DNA of 64,000 nt from Atopobiaceae bacterium (GTDB lineage: Bacteria > Actinomycetota > Coriobacteriia > Coriobacteriales > Atopobiaceae): assembly GCA_051876355.1 (NCBI GenBank), contig JBJEHU010000006.1, positions 94,742 through 158,741 on the forward strand, written 5' to 3'. This document shows positions 9,249-18,264 of the stretch, one piece after another; positions within the stretch are counted from its first letter, which is position 1; each line of letters opens with the position of its first letter. A model generated the notes under the pieces. That model ran no database searches. It was not told the origin of the DNA and saw only the letters and a program-made list of their open reading frames with translations. The translations under genes were made by a program, and so were the position numbers.

Positions 9249-12008
9249 ATGGCAGAGAAGCATGTATATCGCTTCGGCAAGGACGCCAACGGCAACAATG
9301 TGACCGAGGTCGCAGGCAAGACCGTTGACGAAGCGAAGTGGATTACGGGCGGCAAGGGTGCAAACCTTGCAGAGATGGCAAACATCGGCCTTCCCGTCCC
9401 TCCAGGATTCACGATCAGCTGCCAGACCTGCGTCGCGTATTCGAGCGCCGGCAACGTGTGGCCTGATGGCGTTCTCGACGAGATCGACGTCTACCGCAAA
9501 GATCTCGAGGAGCGCATGGGCAAGAAGCTCGGCGACAAGGAAGATCCTCTGCTTGTCTCCGTCCGTTCTGGTGCACCGTTCTCGATGCCGGGCATGATGG
9601 ACACGGTCCTGAACCTCGGCCTCAACGATGATTCCGTGCAGGGCCTCATCAAGCAGACGCAGAACCCGCGCTTCGCATGGGACTCCTACCGTCGTTTCGT
9701 CCAGATGTTCTCTGACGTCGTTATGGGCGTGAATGGCCAGCTCTTCGAGGATGCCATCAACGCCAAGAAGGCCGAGAAGGGTGTCAAGCTCGACACCGAG
9801 CTCGATGCTGACGACCTCAAGGACCTCGTCGCAACCTTCAAGCAGATCTTCGCCGACAATGTCGACGCCGAGAAGTACCCCGAGGTTGCAGAGGGCGGCA
9901 AGGCAGTCTTCCCGTCCGATCCGTACCTGCAGCTCCGCCTTGCAGAGCAGGCAGTCTTCGGCTCCTGGAACACGCCGCGTGCAATTCTCTACCGCAAGCA
10001 GAACAAGATCCCCGACGATCTCGGCACGGCCGTGAACGTCCAGGTCATGGTCTTCGGCAACAAGGGCAACACCTCCGCAACGGGCGTCGCCTTCACGCGC
10101 AACCCTGCTGACGGCTCCAACGAGCGCTACGGCGACTTCCTCGTCAACGCTCAGGGCGAGGACGTCGTGGCCGGCATCCGCAACACGCAGCCGATCTCCG
10201 ACCTCCCGAAGACCCCGGGCCTCGAGGAGGCAGGCAAGGAGCTCTACCACGTCTTCGAGATCCTCGAGGACCACTACGCAGACATGATGGACCTCGAGTT
10301 CACCATCGAGCAGGGCAAGCTCTGGATGCTCCAGACCCGTGTCGGCAAGCGTACCGCGCTTTCCGCCCTCAAGGTCGCCATCCAGATGTACGAAGAGGGC
10401 CGCATCACCAAGGAGCAGGCTGTCATGCGCGTCGCTCCTGAGCAGCTCGACCAGCTTCTGCACCCGCAGTTCGACAAGTCTGCCAAGTACGATGTCCTTG
10501 CCAAGGGCCTCAATGCTTCCCCTGGTGCAGCAACCGGCGGCGTCGTCTTCTCTTCTGCAGACGCAGAGGCCTTCAAGGAGGCAGGCAAGCCCTGCATCCT
10601 CGTCCGCTGGGAGACCACGCCTGACGACCTCAAGGGCATGGTCGCAGCTGAGGGCATCCTGACGTCCCACGGCGGCAAGACCTCCCATGCAGCCGTCATC
10701 GCACGTGGCATGGGCGCTCCGTGCGTCTGCGGCGTCGAGGCGCTGAACATCGATGCTCCTAACAAGACGGTCTCCGTCTCCGGCACCGATGTCGTGCTCC
10801 ATGAGGGCGACGTCATCTCCATCGACGGCACGACCGGCGATGTCATTCTCGGCGAGGTTCCTCTGGTACGTCCGGAGCTCGGCGGCGACCTCGAGACCAT
10901 CCTCGACTGGGCTGACGAGATCCGCAAGGATCCGGAGCGCGGCCGCGTCATCGGCGTCCGTGCAAATGCCGACAACCCGGCAGATGCACAGCTCTCCGCT
11001 GACAACGGCGCAGAGGGCATCGGCCTCGACCGTACCGAGCACATGTTCCTCGGCGAGCGCAAGCAGCTCATTCAGAACTTCATCCTCGCAGAGGACGACG
11101 CCGTCAAGGCCGACTCCCTCGAGAAGCTCGGCGCTGCCCAGAAGGGCGACTTCCTCGGCATGTTCAAGGCCATGGACGGCAAGACCGTCATCGTCCGTCT
11201 GCTCGATCCGCCTCTGCACGAGTTCCTCGACAACCCGCGCCAGCTCGATGTCGAGATCGCCAAGGAGGAGGCTGCCGGCAAGGACTGCACCGAGAAGCGT
11301 GCCCTCATGGCAAAGCTCGACTCCTTCCAGGAGGCCAACCCGATGCTCGGCCTTCGTGGCTGCCGTCTCGGCCTTGTCTATCCTGAGCTCAACGTCATGC
11401 AGGTCAAGGCAATCGCCTCTGCTGCTGCCGAGCTCATCAAGCAGGGCTTCAACCCGAAGCCGGAGATCATGATCCCGCTCGTCGGCTTCGAGCGCGAAAT
11501 CGAGATTGTCCGTGGCGTCGTCGAGGAGAACGTCAAGAAGGTCGCCGACGAGTACGGCGTCAAGCTTGACATCCCCGTGGGCACCATGATCGAGCTCCCG
11601 CGTGCTGCCATCATGAGCGAGGAGATCGCTCACCACGCTGACTTCTTCTCCTTCGGCACGAACGACCTCACGCAGACCTGCCTCGGCTTCTCCCGTGACG
11701 ACGTTGAGTCCGCATTCATGCCGCTCTACCTCGAGAAGAAGATCGTCAAGACGAACCCGTTCGCTACGCTCGATCCGGGCGTTGCAAAGCTCGTAGAGAT
11801 GGGCGTCAAGGGCGGCCACAAGGGCAACCCGAACATCGTCTGCGGCGTCTGCGGCGAGACCGGTGGCGATCCTGAGTCCATCCACATGTACTACGACCTC
11901 GGCCTCGACTACGTGTCCTGCTCGCCGTACCGCGTGCCTATCGCACGTCTTGCTGCGGCACAGGCAAAGATCGAGTCCAATGGCGGCGCAAAGACGCTTG
12001 CCAAGTAG
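9249..12008 (+). CDS. ppdK: Pyruvate, phosphate dikinase
   Basis: GGKGANLAEM, the phospho-His loop GGKTSHAAVIARGMG, FFSFGTNDLTQ and VCGE. The start was moved from 9147 to ATG 9249 (MAEKHVYRFG). Confidence 0.95.
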   Translation: MAEKHVYRFGKDANGNNVTEVAGKTVDEAKWITGGKGANLAEMANIGLPVPPGFTISCQTCVAYSSAGNVWPDGVLDEIDVYRKDLEERMGKKLGDKEDPLLVSVRSGAPFSMPGMMDTVLNLGLNDDSVQGLIKQTQNPRFAWDSYRRFVQMFSDVVMGVNGQLFEDAINAKKAEKGVKLDTELDADDLKDLVATFKQIFADNVDAEKYPEVAEGGKAVFPSDPYLQLRLAEQAVFGSWNTPRAILYRKQNKIPDDLGTAVNVQVMVFGNKGNTSATGVAFTRNPADGSNERYGDFLVNAQGEDVVAGIRNTQPISDLPKTPGLEEAGKELYHVFEILEDHYADMMDLEFTIEQGKLWMLQTRVGKRTALSALKVAIQMYEEGRITKEQAVMRVAPEQLDQLLHPQFDKSAKYDVLAKGLNASPGAATGGVVFSSADAEAFKEAGKPCILVRWETTPDDLKGMVAAEGILTSHGGKTSHAAVIARGMGAPCVCGVEALNIDAPNKTVSVSGTDVVLHEGDVISIDGTTGDVILGEVPLVRPELGGDLETILDWADEIRKDPERGRVIGVRANADNPADAQLSADNGAEGIGLDRTEHMFLGERKQLIQNFILAEDDAVKADSLEKLGAAQKGDFLGMFKAMDGKTVIVRLLDPPLHEFLDNPRQLDVEIAKEEAAGKDCTEKRALMAKLDSFQEANPMLGLRGCRLGLVYPELNVMQVKAIASAAAELIKQGFNPKPEIMIPLVGFEREIEIVRGVVEENVKKVADEYGVKLDIPVGTMIELPRAAIMSEEIAHHADFFSFGTNDLTQTCLGFSRDDVESAFMPLYLEKKIVKTNPFATLDPGVAKLVEMGVKGGHKGNPNIVCGVCGETGGDPESIHMYYDLGLDYVSCSPYRVPIARLAAAQAKIESNGGAKTLAK

Positions 12009-12031
12009 GCTTTCAGCCTGACTGACTGAGG

Positions 12032-12066
12032 GGGAGGGACGCAAAGAAGCGTCCCTCCCTTTTTGT
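12032..12066 (+). terminator. Intrinsic terminator of ppdK
   Basis: Perfect 11-bp stem GGGAGGGACGC / GCGTCCCTCCC, 6-nt loop, followed by TTTTT. Confidence 0.85.
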
Positions 12067-12109
12067 GCTATTCTGGCGATTGTGCAGGTTATCTGCAGGC
12101 ATGTTTCTG

Positions 12110-12138
12110 TTGTGGTGAGCGCGTGCCTGCCGTATAAT
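12110..12138 (+). promoter_or_regulatory. Candidate rplS promoter (TTGTGG-17 nt-TATAAT)
   Basis: TATAAT at 12133-12138 and a -35-like TTGTGG at 12110-12115, about 70 nt before the rplS start. Confidence 0.35.
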
Positions 12139-12206
12139 CACATCTTGTGTGTAAACCTATGTGTCGTTCGCTAGAGCGTCGGCACCTCTAGAGACAAGGA
12201 AAGAAT

Positions 12207-12551
12207 ATGGACTACATCCGCGCAATCGAGCGTCAGCAGATCCGCGAAGACATTCCGCAGATTCTCGTCGGCGACAATGTGAAGGTTCACTACCGCATCA
12301 AGGAAGGCGACCGCGAGCGTATCCAGGTCTTCCAGGGCGACGTCATTCGCATGAGCGGTGCAGGCGCACGCGAGACCTTCACGGTCCGCAAGATCAGCTT
12401 CGGCGTCGGCGTCGAGCGTACCTTCCCGGTGAACTCCCCGAAGATCGCCAAGCTCGAGGTTGTCCGTCACGGCGAGGTCAACCGCGCAAAGCTCTACTAC
12501 CTGCGCGACCGCGTGGGCAAGGCTGCACGCATCCGCGAGAAGCGTGCCTAA
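12207..12551 (+). CDS. rplS: 50S ribosomal protein L19
   Basis: 114 aa. [32 protein letters not shown] is typical of L19. Confidence 0.95.
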   Translation: MDYIRAIERQQIREDIPQILVGDNVKVHYRIKEGDRERIQVFQGDVIRMSGAGARETFTVRKISFGVGVERTFPVNSPKIAKLEVVRHGEVNRAKLYYLRDRVGKAARIREKRA

Positions 12552-12573
12552 GCGCAGCACACATGCACGGAAG

Positions 12574-12602
12574 GAAGAGGGCCTCATGGGCCCTCTTCTG
12601 CT
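12574..12602 (+). terminator. Hairpin after rplS (weak T-tract)
   Basis: Perfect 10-bp stem GAAGAGGGCC / GGCCCTCTTC with a 5-nt loop. The downstream TGCT tract is poor, so this may act only as an attenuator. Confidence 0.4.
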
Positions 12603-12621
12603 ATCCAGGGAGTGAGCGCCG

Positions 12622-13401
12622 TTGGAGAAGAGAGAGCCTGCGAAAGACATAGCGAGAAAGATCCATGAGGCAGCATTCGAGGAATTCGATGCTGTCATGG
12701 CTGCCTATGCAGGTGACGGACGCAAGCAGGTGCAGGAAGCGCTTGCGCGGGCAAGCCGCCGCCATGAGCGGGAGGCAGAAGACCGCAAGCGGGTCGAGGG
12801 AATGTATGCCCTCCAGGAAGAGCTTGGAGGCGATGGCCTTGTCGTAGGCGTCGACGAGGTCGGACGCGGCGCTATCGCAGGCCCGCTCACGGTCGGCGCC
12901 GTCATCCTGCCCAAGGAGCCGAAGATCTGGGGCCTCAACGACTCGAAGCAGCTCACGCCCGAGAAGAGGGAAGTCCTGGCAGCAGAGATAGCTGATGTCG
13001 CAATCGCTGTCGGCATGGCCCATATTCCGCCTGAGACAATCGATGCGCTCGGCATGTCCGTGTGCCTGAGACGTGCCATGGCAGAGGCCATCGCATCGTG
13101 CGGCGTCGAGCCCGACTGCGTCCTCATCGATGGCAATCCGGTCCATGTCCATCCGAAGGAGAAGACGCTCGTGAAGGGCGATGCACGCATCGCTGCCATC
13201 GCAGCAGCCTCGATAGTCGCGAAGGTGACGCGTGACCATCTCATGTGCAGCCTCGCCGAAGAATATCCAATGTATGGATGGGACGCCTGCAAGGGGTACG
13301 GCTCGAAAGAGCACATCGAAGCGATCAGGAAATATGGCCTCTCGCCCTACCATAGAGCCACATTCTGCACGAATTTCGTGGAGGACGCACATCTCTTCTG
13401 A
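12622..13401 (+). CDS. rnhB: Ribonuclease HII
   Basis: GVDEVGRGAIAGPL and DSKQLTPEKRE motifs. The start is uncertain: TTG 12622 from the track, or ATG 12697. Confidence 0.9.
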   Translation: MEKREPAKDIARKIHEAAFEEFDAVMAAYAGDGRKQVQEALARASRRHEREAEDRKRVEGMYALQEELGGDGLVVGVDEVGRGAIAGPLTVGAVILPKEPKIWGLNDSKQLTPEKREVLAAEIADVAIAVGMAHIPPETIDALGMSVCLRRAMAEAIASCGVEPDCVLIDGNPVHVHPKEKTLVKGDARIAAIAAASIVAKVTRDHLMCSLAEEYPMYGWDACKGYGSKEHIEAIRKYGLSPYHRATFCTNFVEDAHLF

Positions 13402-13563
13402 GTACCTGAGGCGCTGCGCGCATCTGACACCGTGCGCATGACCTGCGACAATGCTGAGTGTTTGCAGCCCGTGAAAGCTTTTTGGCAGTTTCCGGGCATC
13501 TCGGCTGCCCATCTCTGGAAGATGCGTCTGCCATAGTCCTTCCATCTCGAGAAGGGAGAGGAC

Positions 13564-14079
13564 ATGGCAGAGGTGCGAGACACCAAGGAACGTGGCGAAG
13601 AAGATCTGTCGGACTTCGCAAGCAGGAAGGCGGTCTTCTGGTCCAGCAGAGATGAGACGGGCGAGGAGGCCACAGAGCTCCACCGGCAGGGCATACGGAT
13701 TGCCTGCTCCTATTTCCGGTATCGCGGTGCGGACATACTGTCTGAAGGAGATGGCGGTAAAGACGAGCCAGACATCTGCTGCTCGCTCGACGGCGAGATT
13801 GTCCTTGCGGACATGGTGTCCGTCGCCGATATCGTAGAGGAGATGTCCGTGCCGGAGCTCTCTGTCTCGGCAGACGATTTCTGGCGCTGCCGCAGGAAGG
13901 CACTGCTCTGGCTGGCAGAGCACCGCTATGCATCCGTGCGCTATGACCTGATGTCGCTTGGCATCTTCGCGCCGAGGCATGCGCGCATCAGGCATCTTGC
14001 CGGCGTCTACTTCTGGTCGGATGAGCCGGACCAGCTTGCCTTCTATGCAGACGATGCCGATGAAGGCGGCAAGCGATGA
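13564..14079 (+). CDS. YraN/UPF0102-family protein (divergent, extended termini)
   Basis: Sits in the conserved slot between rnhB and dprA. The C-terminal half (RKALLWLAEHRY..VRYDLMSLG) resembles YraN (LWLARH..RFDVVAF). The N-terminal motif region is diverged. Confidence 0.55.
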   Translation: MAEVRDTKERGEEDLSDFASRKAVFWSSRDETGEEATELHRQGIRIACSYFRYRGADILSEGDGGKDEPDICCSLDGEIVLADMVSVADIVEEMSVPELSVSADDFWRCRRKALLWLAEHRYASVRYDLMSLGIFAPRHARIRHLAGVYFWSDEPDQLAFYADDADEGGKR

Positions 14080-14978
14080 ACGCAGGCGAGCGCTTCGAGC
14101 TCTCGCCGGGCGACGAGGGCTATCCGCAGCTTGTCCTTGAGGGCTATGAGACAGCGCCGCATATCTATGGAATAGGCAATCGAGAGGCGCTTCTCGGCCC
14201 CTGCCTCTCTGTCATCGGAGCGCGTCAGGCAACGCCCTATGGGCTCGAGATTGCCCACATGGCTGGCAGGATCTGTGCCGAGGCAGGCATCTGCGTCGTC
14301 TCGGGAGGGGCGCTCGGCTGCGATGCCCAGGCAAGCAGGGGAGCGCTCGAGGCAGGCGGACGCACGGTCATCGTTTCAGGCTGCGGAGCGGATCGCCTCT
14401 ATCCAAGGACATCCGAAGACATCTTCTCGGCAGCGCGGGCCGGTGCAGGATGTGTCGTCGCGCTCGAGGATTGGGGCGAAGGTCCGAAGCGCTATACGTT
14501 TCCGAAGCGCAATGTCCTCATCGCTGCCCTTTCGCCGGTGCTTGTCGTCTGCGAGGCCGGCAGGAAGTCGGGGACCATGGGGACAGCGGAGGCAGCCATG
14601 AGCATGGGAAGAAGCGTCTACGCCGTCCCGGGCTCCATTTTCTCTCCGACTTCGCAGGGCACGAACTACCTGATCCAGAACGGCTGCGGCCTCATCGCAG
14701 ACGAGCTCGGCTTCGAGCAGGTGCTGTCGCTCGATTACGGCTGCGAGCGCCGGCTCACCCGTCCCCGCATGCCTGAATGGGGCCGTGTTCTTTCGGCGCT
14801 CGTCGCCTCACCGATGCGTCCGGCAGATCTCGCGGGTAAGATAGGTCTCGATGAACTGACAGTTGCCGATACGCTCACATCCTATGAGGAGATGGGCCTC
14901 GTGGCGAAGCTCCCCGATGGGTGCTATGCCCCGAGCGAGAAGGCGTATCGTCTCATGGAAGCGGAGCAGGACGAATGA
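14076..14978 (+). CDS. dprA: DNA-processing protein DprA
   Basis: GARQATPYG, VVSGGALGCDAQASRGALEAGG and LYPRTSEDIF. ATGA overlap with the upstream gene. Confidence 0.9.
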   Translation: MNAGERFELSPGDEGYPQLVLEGYETAPHIYGIGNREALLGPCLSVIGARQATPYGLEIAHMAGRICAEAGICVVSGGALGCDAQASRGALEAGGRTVIVSGCGADRLYPRTSEDIFSAARAGAGCVVALEDWGEGPKRYTFPKRNVLIAALSPVLVVCEAGRKSGTMGTAEAAMSMGRSVYAVPGSIFSPTSQGTNYLIQNGCGLIADELGFEQVLSLDYGCERRLTRPRMPEWGRVLSALVASPMRPADLAGKIGLDELTVADTLTSYEEMGLVAKLPDGCYAPSEKAYRLMEAEQDE

Positions 14979-16303
14979 CAGATGAGGTCACGGTCGTAGG
15001 CGCAGGACTTGCAGGATCGGAATGTGCCCTGCAGCTCGCACGCAGGGGCGTGCATGTGAAGCTCTTCGAGCAGAGGCCCACGAACAATACCGTGGCACAC
15101 CATACCGACCGCTGCGCCGAGCTGGTCTGCTCGAATTCGCTGAAGGCGACGAGGCTCGAGAGCGCAGCTGGACTTCTGAAGCATGAGCTCGAGACGATGG
15201 ATTCGTTCGTGCTCAAGGCGGCAGAGGAGCACGCCGTGCCGGCCGGAGGCGCGCTTGCTGTGGACCGCGATGGCTTTTCCCAGGCTGTGACCGATATGGT
15301 CGAGGCAGAGCCTCTGATCGAGCTTGTCCGCGAGGAGGTGCGCGAGCTGCCGGAGGGTCCTGCCGTCATCGCTGCAGGACCGCTCTGCTCCGATGCGCTC
15401 TTCAAGGCACTCTCGCAGAGGCTGGGCGGCGCGGCGCTCTCGTTCTTCGATGCGGCTGCCCCCATCGTCGATGCAGCCACGATCGACCGCACTCGTGTCT
15501 TTGCGCAGTCGCGTTACGACGAAGAGAGCACGGGCGACTATCTCAACTGCCCTATGAACCGCGAAGAGTACGAGACGTTCTACGAGGAGCTCATCGGCGC
15601 GAAGCGCGTGATTGCCCGCGATTTCGAGCAGTCAGATCTCTTCTGCGCCTGTCAGCCAGTCGAGGAGGTCGCGCGCACGGGCATCGATTCCCTCCGGTTC
15701 GGCGCGCTCAAGCCGGTTGGCCTCAAGGATCCACGTACCGGCAGGCGTCCCTGGGCTGCCGTGCAGCTCAGGGCCGAGAACAAGGCCGGCACGGCCTACA
15801 ACCTCGTCGGCTTCCAGACGAACCTCACCTGGCCGGAGCAGAAGCGCGTGTTCCGTCTCATCCCAGGCCTCGAAGAGGCAGAGTTCTTCCGCTATGGCGT
15901 CATGCACAGGAATACGTTCGTCGACGCGCCGAAGGTGCTTGACCGCACCTTCGGCATTCCTGGTACGCATATCCGCCTTGCAGGCCAGATCTGCGGCACG
16001 GAAGGCTATGTCGAAGCAATCGCCTCGGGGCTCCTCGCTGCCCTCAACACCTATGCCGATCTTGCCGGCAAGCCTGAAGTGACGCTTCCGCCTGAGACAG
16101 CCTTCGGTGCCCTTGTGGCCTATGCGACCGATCCGGAGACGAAGGACTACCAGCCGATGCATGTGAACTTCGGCCTTGTGCCGCCGCTTGCAGACCAGAC
16201 ACTCAAGAAGCGCGAGCGCTATGCCGCCTACCGCGACCGTGCCATCGCCCAGATGGATGCCTTCATGGAAGAGCGGCAAGACCTCTTCGGATATAGGGCA
16301 TGA
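14975..16303 (+). CDS. trmFO: Methylenetetrahydrofolate--tRNA-(uracil54-C5)-methyltransferase TrmFO
   Basis: VVGAGLAGSECALQLA FAD fold, GQICGTEGYVEAIASG, and the conserved position before xerC. The start was moved to ATG 14975 (ATGA overlap with dprA). Confidence 0.95.
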   Translation: MTDEVTVVGAGLAGSECALQLARRGVHVKLFEQRPTNNTVAHHTDRCAELVCSNSLKATRLESAAGLLKHELETMDSFVLKAAEEHAVPAGGALAVDRDGFSQAVTDMVEAEPLIELVREEVRELPEGPAVIAAGPLCSDALFKALSQRLGGAALSFFDAAAPIVDAATIDRTRVFAQSRYDEESTGDYLNCPMNREEYETFYEELIGAKRVIARDFEQSDLFCACQPVEEVARTGIDSLRFGALKPVGLKDPRTGRRPWAAVQLRAENKAGTAYNLVGFQTNLTWPEQKRVFRLIPGLEEAEFFRYGVMHRNTFVDAPKVLDRTFGIPGTHIRLAGQICGTEGYVEAIASGLLAALNTYADLAGKPEVTLPPETAFGALVAYATDPETKDYQPMHVNFGLVPPLADQTLKKRERYAAYRDRAIAQMDAFMEERQDLFGYRA

Positions 16304-17229
16304 CAGAGGCGGCAGACGCACGCACAAAGGACCAGAAGTGCTTTGCGCGCGATGTGGACGAGTTCCTGGGCTTTCTCGGTGAGATCAGGAACCTCTCGCC
16401 TCAGACCATACGCGCCTACCGGACCGATCTTGACGCGTATCTTTTGTGGACAGAGCGCGAAGGCGTGATGCCGCATGAGGTGACGCACCGCCAGCTCAGG
16501 AGCTATCTCTTCGAGCTCAAGCGGGCAGGCTATGCCACGACGACAATCGACCGGCACCTGAGCGCCCTGCGCTCCTGCTACAAGTGGCTTCTCGGAGAGG
16601 GGAGGATCGCTTCTGATGCCGCCGAAGCGGTATCGGGACCGAAGCGTGCGAAGCGCCTGCCCCATGCCATGTCGGACAGCGAAGCAGACAGGATCATAGA
16701 GGCCTGTCCGGATACGCCGGAAGGCATGCGCGACCGGGCCTTCCTCGAGCTCCTCTATGCGACCGGCGCCCGCATCTCCGAAGCCGCAGCGCTCGATATG
16801 GCAGACATCGACAGCGAGCAGATGCTCGTGCATCTCTTCGGCAAGGGGTCGAAGGAGCGCATCGTCCCGATCTATCGGAGTGCCCTCGAGGCCGTGGAGC
16901 GCTATGAGAGGAAAGCACGGCCGATCTTTCTCGCCGGAGCTGAAGGTGAGACAGATGCGCTCTTCCTGTCTGTGCATGGCAGGCGCATGAGTGCCGATGC
17001 GCTGAGGCGGCGATTCCGGCGCGCGCTCGCGCAGGCAGAGGTCGATCCGACCTATACGCCGCACTCTCTTCGCCATGCCTTTGCTACCGAGCTCCTGTCA
17101 GGTGGCGCAGACATGCGAAGCGTCCAGGAGCTCCTGGGGCATGAGTCGCTGGCGACGACACAGATCTATACGCACCTTTCGATCGACCGGCTCAAGGATG
17201 CGACGCATACCGCGCATCCGAGAGGCTAG
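16300..17229 (+). CDS. xerC: Tyrosine recombinase XerC/XerD family (CodV position)
   Basis: SAM-like N-terminal domain, ARISEAAAL, and HSLRHAFATELL..LLGHESLATTQIYTHL (the R-H-R-Y catalytic set). ATGA overlap with trmFO. Confidence 0.85.
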   Translation: MTEAADARTKDQKCFARDVDEFLGFLGEIRNLSPQTIRAYRTDLDAYLLWTEREGVMPHEVTHRQLRSYLFELKRAGYATTTIDRHLSALRSCYKWLLGEGRIASDAAEAVSGPKRAKRLPHAMSDSEADRIIEACPDTPEGMRDRAFLELLYATGARISEAAALDMADIDSEQMLVHLFGKGSKERIVPIYRSALEAVERYERKARPIFLAGAEGETDALFLSVHGRRMSADALRRRFRRALAQAEVDPTYTPHSLRHAFATELLSGGADMRSVQELLGHESLATTQIYTHLSIDRLKDATHTAHPRG

Positions 17230-17304
17230 AATTGATGGAGATGGCATGGAGCTTTGCTTCCTGCTCCTGAAAAATCATGCAGGACCGATGGAGAGCATTT
17301 GCCA

Positions 17305-17333
17305 AAGACAGGAAGCAGAAGCGCTGCTATACT
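17305..17333 (+). promoter_or_regulatory. Candidate rpsB promoter (AAGACA-17 nt-TATACT)
   Basis: -10 TATACT at 17328-17333 and a -35-like AAGACA at 17305-17310. Implies a leader of about 135 nt. Confidence 0.35.
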
Positions 17334-17473
17334 AGGTACTCGCTGTGCGTCCGCATGGCATACGTCGCACACGTGACTACTCGGAGGCCATGGTGCCCGC
17401 AGCCACAAGCCAGGCTGAGGGTGGTGCTCCGGGGCTGACATCACGTGGAGGAAGAACCAATGGAGGTTTGAAC

Positions 17474-18226
17474 ATGGCTGTCAAGATCAATCTCAAGACC
17501 CTGCTCGAGGCTGGCTGCCACTATGGCCACCAGACGCGTCGCTGGAACCCGAAGATGAAGCCCTATATCTTCGGCGAGCGCAACGGCGTCTACATCCTCG
17601 ACCTCAAGCAGACGGTCATCGATGCCGACCAGGCATACACGTTCCTCAAGGAGACCGCTGCCAAGGGCGGCACCATCCTGTTTGTCGGCACGAAGAAGCA
17701 GGCCCAGGAGTCCATCAAGACCCAGGCAGAGCGCTGCGGCATGCCGTACATCGCTGAGCGCTGGCTCGGCGGCATGCTCACGAACTTCACGACGATGCGT
17801 TCCCGCATCGAGCGCATGGAAGAGCTCGAGGGCATGGTCGAGGACGGCAGCATGGCTACGCTCCCGAAGAAGGAGCAGGCTGTGCTCGGCAAGGAACTCG
17901 AGAAGCTCCAGCGCAACCTCGGTGGCGTCCGTGATATGAAGTCCCTTCCGCAGGCTCTCTACGTCGTCGACACGAAGCGCGAGGAGCTCGCAGTGCGCGA
18001 GGCCAACCGCCTTCACATCCCTGTCGTCGGCCTTCTCGACACGAACTCCGATCCTGACGTGATCGATTACGGCATCCCTGCAAACGACGACGCTATCCGT
18101 TCCGTCGCCCTTCTGACCGAGCTGGTTGCCGACGCAATCCTCGCCGGCTCTGGCAAGGAGCAGATCACCGAGGCCGAGATGGCAGGCGCAGCCGAGTCGG
18201 CCGCAGAGGCACCTGCTGCAGAGTAG
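17474..18226 (+). CDS. rpsB: 30S ribosomal protein S2
   Basis: [19 protein letters not shown] and [12 protein letters not shown]. The start was moved from 17345 to ATG 17474, which has a GGAGG RBS. Confidence 0.95.
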   Translation: MAVKINLKTLLEAGCHYGHQTRRWNPKMKPYIFGERNGVYILDLKQTVIDADQAYTFLKETAAKGGTILFVGTKKQAQESIKTQAERCGMPYIAERWLGGMLTNFTTMRSRIERMEELEGMVEDGSMATLPKKEQAVLGKELEKLQRNLGGVRDMKSLPQALYVVDTKREELAVREANRLHIPVVGLLDTNSDPDVIDYGIPANDDAIRSVALLTELVADAILAGSGKEQITEAEMAGAAESAAEAPAAE

Positions 18227-18264
18227 CAATCAGTCCGATAGGAATTACGCTTTAAGGAGGTCAC

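Noticed and set aside
9237-12044. 935-aa ORF antisense to ppdK. Similar very long antisense ORFs occur at 5510-7315, 24792-26111, 26078-27763, 30269-32329, 43494-44852, 45876-47228 and 47219-49069.
   Set aside because: Each lies exactly opposite a gene with unambiguous conserved motifs. Their translations are low-complexity Arg/Ala/Leu/Asp/His-rich strings with no recognisable domains. High GC at third codon positions removes stop codons on the opposite strand, so these are the expected artefacts and not overprinted genes.
16300-17229. Tyrosine recombinase as a possible integrase marking a mobile element next to core genes.
   Set aside because: It sits in the conserved trmFO-xerC (CodV) slot with an ATGA overlap and has the XerC/D-type N-terminal domain. 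No att-like repeats, phage genes or GC shift flank it.
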